Origin: an uncultured Gemmatimonadales bacterium
GTDB taxonomy: Bacteria > Gemmatimonadota > Gemmatimonadetes > Gemmatimonadales > GWC2-71-9
DNA: 64,000 bases
Assembly: GCA_963730185.1 (NCBI GenBank)
Contig: CAVSQW010000008.1
Span: forward strand, 96,001 to 160,000
Direction of reading: 5' to 3'
In this document: positions 61,265 to 64,000 of the stretch, piece after piece
Numbering within the stretch: position 1 is the stretch's first letter
Layout: each line of letters opens with the position of its first letter
Notes under the pieces: generated by a model
What the model saw: only the letters and a program-made list of their open reading frames with translations
Database searches by the model: none
What the model was told of the DNA's origin: nothing
Position numbers and translations under genes: made by a program

Positions 61265-62533
61265 TCAGGGCGCGGCCTCGCGGGCCCACGATCGGTCCCG
61301 GAATCGCCAGCCGAGCGCCAGCGGGATCGTGGCGACCAGCGCCACCGCGCCGCCCATGGTGGCGTAGCCCACCGCCGCGAACACCACGCCCGACAGGAGA
61401 CTCCCGACCGCCGACGCGCCCGTCAGCAGGGAGTCGTTGATCCCTTGCACCCGGGACCGTTCCACCTGGCTGAGCCGGTCCGACAGCAGGGTGGAGCCGC
61501 CGACGTAGCAGAGGTTCCAGCCCAGGCCGAGGAGCAGGAGCACCGCGGCCATCGGGAGGAGAGCGATCGACCAGATCGCCCCGATCCCGGCGACGATGAG
61601 GATCCCGGCCCCGGTGGCGATCAGCCGGGCGCGGCCCCAGCGATCGGCCAACCGGCCGGTCACCATCGAGAAGGCGTACATCCCGATCACGTGGCTCGAC
61701 ATCACGGCCGAGATGTGCCCGAGCGAGTGATGGTGGCCCTTCATGTGGAGCGAGCTGATCACCATCAGCATCGACATCACTCCCTGGGCCAGGAGCATCG
61801 AGAGCATGGCGACCTGCACCCAGCGGTCGCGGAGGATCTCGCCCACGCTGCGCGCGGGATGAGGCGCGGCGGTGGGCTCGGCCTCGACCCGAGCCCGTTC
61901 CATGGCGAGCGCCAGGTCGCGGGGCTCGGGTCGGAGCAGGGAGGTGACGACGACGGCCCCCAAGGCGAAGAAGACCAGACTGACCACATACGGACCCAAC
62001 AGCTCGGGAAGGGCCAGCGACTGGGCCCGTTGTGCCGCCGGGGAGACCAGGAGCGGTCCCAGGATCCCGCCCACCGTGCCCCCCATCACCACCGTCGCGA
62101 TGGCCCGTCCCCGCTCGGCTTGCGGGTGCACCTCGGCCGCCACGAACCGGCCCAGCTGCACCGCCGTGTTGGCGCCGCCCATCAGGATCAGGCCGCCGGT
62201 GAAGCTCCAGAAGCGGCCGGCCCGGATCGAGAGCGCGGCGATGGTGGCCCCGAGAATCCCGATGCTGAGGCCGATCGCCATGGTGCGGCGCCGGCCGATC
62301 AGGTCCATCAAGCGTCCCCAGAGGACGGCGCAGGCCGCCCCGCCGCTCCAGTAGAAGAACGCCGGCACCCCGGCCCAGCTCGGCCGGCCCGACAGCGCCG
62401 CCCCGACGATCGGCGTGACGGTGGAGGAGATGAGAAAGCCCGCCGACCCTAACGACTGGGTGGCGAAGAGGGTCCACTTGATCCGGTGGCGTTGGCTGGA
62501 CGAGGTCGCGGCCGTGAGGGGGGAAGGCCCCAT
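61265..62533 (-). CDS. MFS transporter
   Basis: About 12 TM helices; GRLMDLIGRR and GRLADRWGRA motif A. Confidence 0.9.
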   Translation of the reverse strand: MGPSPLTAATSSSQRHRIKWTLFATQSLGSAGFLISSTVTPIVGAALSGRPSWAGVPAFFYWSGGAACAVLWGRLMDLIGRRRTMAIGLSIGILGATIAALSIRAGRFWSFTGGLILMGGANTAVQLGRFVAAEVHPQAERGRAIATVVMGGTVGGILGPLLVSPAAQRAQSLALPELLGPYVVSLVFFALGAVVVTSLLRPEPRDLALAMERARVEAEPTAAPHPARSVGEILRDRWVQVAMLSMLLAQGVMSMLMVISSLHMKGHHHSLGHISAVMSSHVIGMYAFSMVTGRLADRWGRARLIATGAGILIVAGIGAIWSIALLPMAAVLLLLGLGWNLCYVGGSTLLSDRLSQVERSRVQGINDSLLTGASAVGSLLSGVVFAAVGYATMGGAVALVATIPLALGWRFRDRSWAREAAP

Positions 62534-64000
62534 CAGCCACCTCCCGGCGGCGTGCCGCCAACCAGCACGAGGTCGAGCCGAGCCACGGTGCCGGCCCGGG
62601 TCCGCCGGTTCACGAACGGCAGGGTCGGGCGACTCACCCGGAAGTGGTCGAAGGTCCGGACCGTCCCGGGGTCGGGCGTGTCGCCGGTCTGGCGGACCAG
62701 CAGGAGATACGGGCGGGTCGTGACCTGGCTCGTGTCGGCCAGGCGGTCGAGGTAGCGCGGTGGCCGCCGGAGCCCGAAGTCCAACCCCGCGAACTGCTGG
62801 TCCCTCGGCACGATCACGGCGACGTCCGGATAGCGCTCGTTGATGTACTCCGCCGCCCGCCGGCCCCCGTCGTACCAGAGGAGGGTGGGGAAGATCCCCC
62901 GTTCCAGGTAGAGGTTCAGGGCGACGGCCGTGAGCACGGAGGCCAGCAGTAGCTTGACGGCCCGATCCCGGGCGGCCCGCCAGGCAAGTGGCACCGATGC
63001 CACCAGGGCGAGCGCGACCGCGGTCGGTCCGAGGGCTCCGTCCGGGCGAGCCAGGACGCCGAGGGTGGCGCCGACCGCCACCAACAGGGCGAGCAAGCCG
63101 ACCTGGACCCGGCTCAGGAGGGCGAATCTCCCCCCGCTCGTCCGGGCGTGCAGCTCCCCGGCGGTGACGATCGCGAGGAACGGGAAGACGATGTTGAGGT
63201 AGTAGGGCAACTGGAACTTCGACGCCGAGAAGACCAGGAACATCGCTGCCGCCCCGGAGATGGTGTACCACTCGACCGAGTCGCGCGGGCCCCGCCAGAG
63301 CAGCCGAGCCCGGCGACCCACGGCGAGCACCAGGGCGAACGACCAGGGCAGGAACGCCCAGAGCACGGTGTGGAAGTAGTAGAACGGGCTCCACTCCTCC
63401 TGGCGGATCGGCCCGGTGCCGAGGAACCGACCGAACTGGCTGTCCCAGAGGAAGAACCGGATGCCCGAGACCCCGGTCCGGCCGAAGACGACCTTCTCGG
63501 GGTGGCGGTCGAACTGGAAGTAGAGTGCGCCAAGCTCCGGGGTAATGCCGAGTACCGTGACGAGGGCCACCAGTGCCCAGCGGCCCCAGGCGATCCGGGG
63601 GCGGCCCCGGACGAGCCAATGACCGCCCAGCGCCCCCGCGATCGGGATGACCGTGAAGATCCCCTTGGTCATCACGGCCGCGGCGGCGAAAAGCCCGCCC
63701 GCCACCGCCGGACCGAGCCAGCGCTCGTCCTCGGCGACCCGAATCAGGTACCACGTGGCCGCCACCACGAAGCAGGTGAGATACGGCTCGGCCCGGACGT
63801 CGGCGCTGGAAAGGACGATGTGCTGGGCCGTGAGGAGGATGGTGGCGGACCAGAGTCCGATCGTCCGGCTGGTGTATCGAGCGGCCAACCGGTAGGTGTA
63901 GTAGCCGGCGGCGACGATCGCGAGAAAGGCCGGAAGCCGGTAGGCCCACACCGTGACGCCGAAGAGACGGAACGAGGCGGCCGTGAGCCAGAACGGGAGG
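62533..64000 (-). CDS. ArnT/PMT (GT39/GT83-like) membrane glycosyltransferase; 5' end outside window
   Basis: WAYRLP, DVRAE, MTKG, FLPWS, SKFQLPYY. Confidence 0.85.
   Translation of the reverse strand, partial: LPFWLTAASFRLFGVTVWAYRLPAFLAIVAAGYYTYRLAARYTSRTIGLWSATILLTAQHIVLSSADVRAEPYLTCFVVAATWYLIRVAEDERWLGPAVAGGLFAAAAVMTKGIFTVIPIAGALGGHWLVRGRPRIAWGRWALVALVTVLGITPELGALYFQFDRHPEKVVFGRTGVSGIRFFLWDSQFGRFLGTGPIRQEEWSPFYYFHTVLWAFLPWSFALVLAVGRRARLLWRGPRDSVEWYTISGAAAMFLVFSASKFQLPYYLNIVFPFLAIVTAGELHARTSGGRFALLSRVQVGLLALLVAVGATLGVLARPDGALGPTAVALALVASVPLAWRAARDRAVKLLLASVLTAVALNLYLERGIFPTLLWYDGGRRAAEYINERYPDVAVIVPRDQQFAGLDFGLRRPPRYLDRLADTSQVTTRPYLLLVRQTGDTPDPGTVRTFDHFRVSRPTLPFVNRRTRAGTVARLDLVLVGGTPPGGG

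Overview
High-GC bacterial chromosome segment. The PadR/ADOP pair, Ser/Thr kinase-TPR genes, M56-HEAT module and many exported hydrolases suggest Gemmatimonadota (inference). Main content: (i) a scrambled left end with two tRNA 3'-half remnants (Leu, Pro) and gene fragments, like an old integration hotspot; (ii) an aromatic-acid cluster (feruloyl-CoA synthetase, benzoate-CoA-ligase-family gene, TetR, hcrCAB-like molybdo-flavoenzyme, MetE-like gene) with many frameshifts that look like long-read indels; (iii) many exported hydrolases and peptidases; (iv) PadR-ADOP, BlaI-M56-HEAT and ECF sigma modules, the first two with visible operator palindromes. The most striking feature is at 35.1-38.5 kb. 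An unannotated, apparently leaderless 31-aa poly-cysteine ORF (MSFTVCMACCCCCCRPMCS...) has its own promoter, alternative hairpins and an intrinsic terminator. It sits in front of an ATP-grasp / SfnG-like flavin monooxygenase / cysK sulfur operon, making it a candidate cysteine-sensing ribosome-mediated attenuator. I saw no rRNA, complete tRNA, CRISPR array, integrase or transposase. All product calls come from motifs read by eye, not from database searches.
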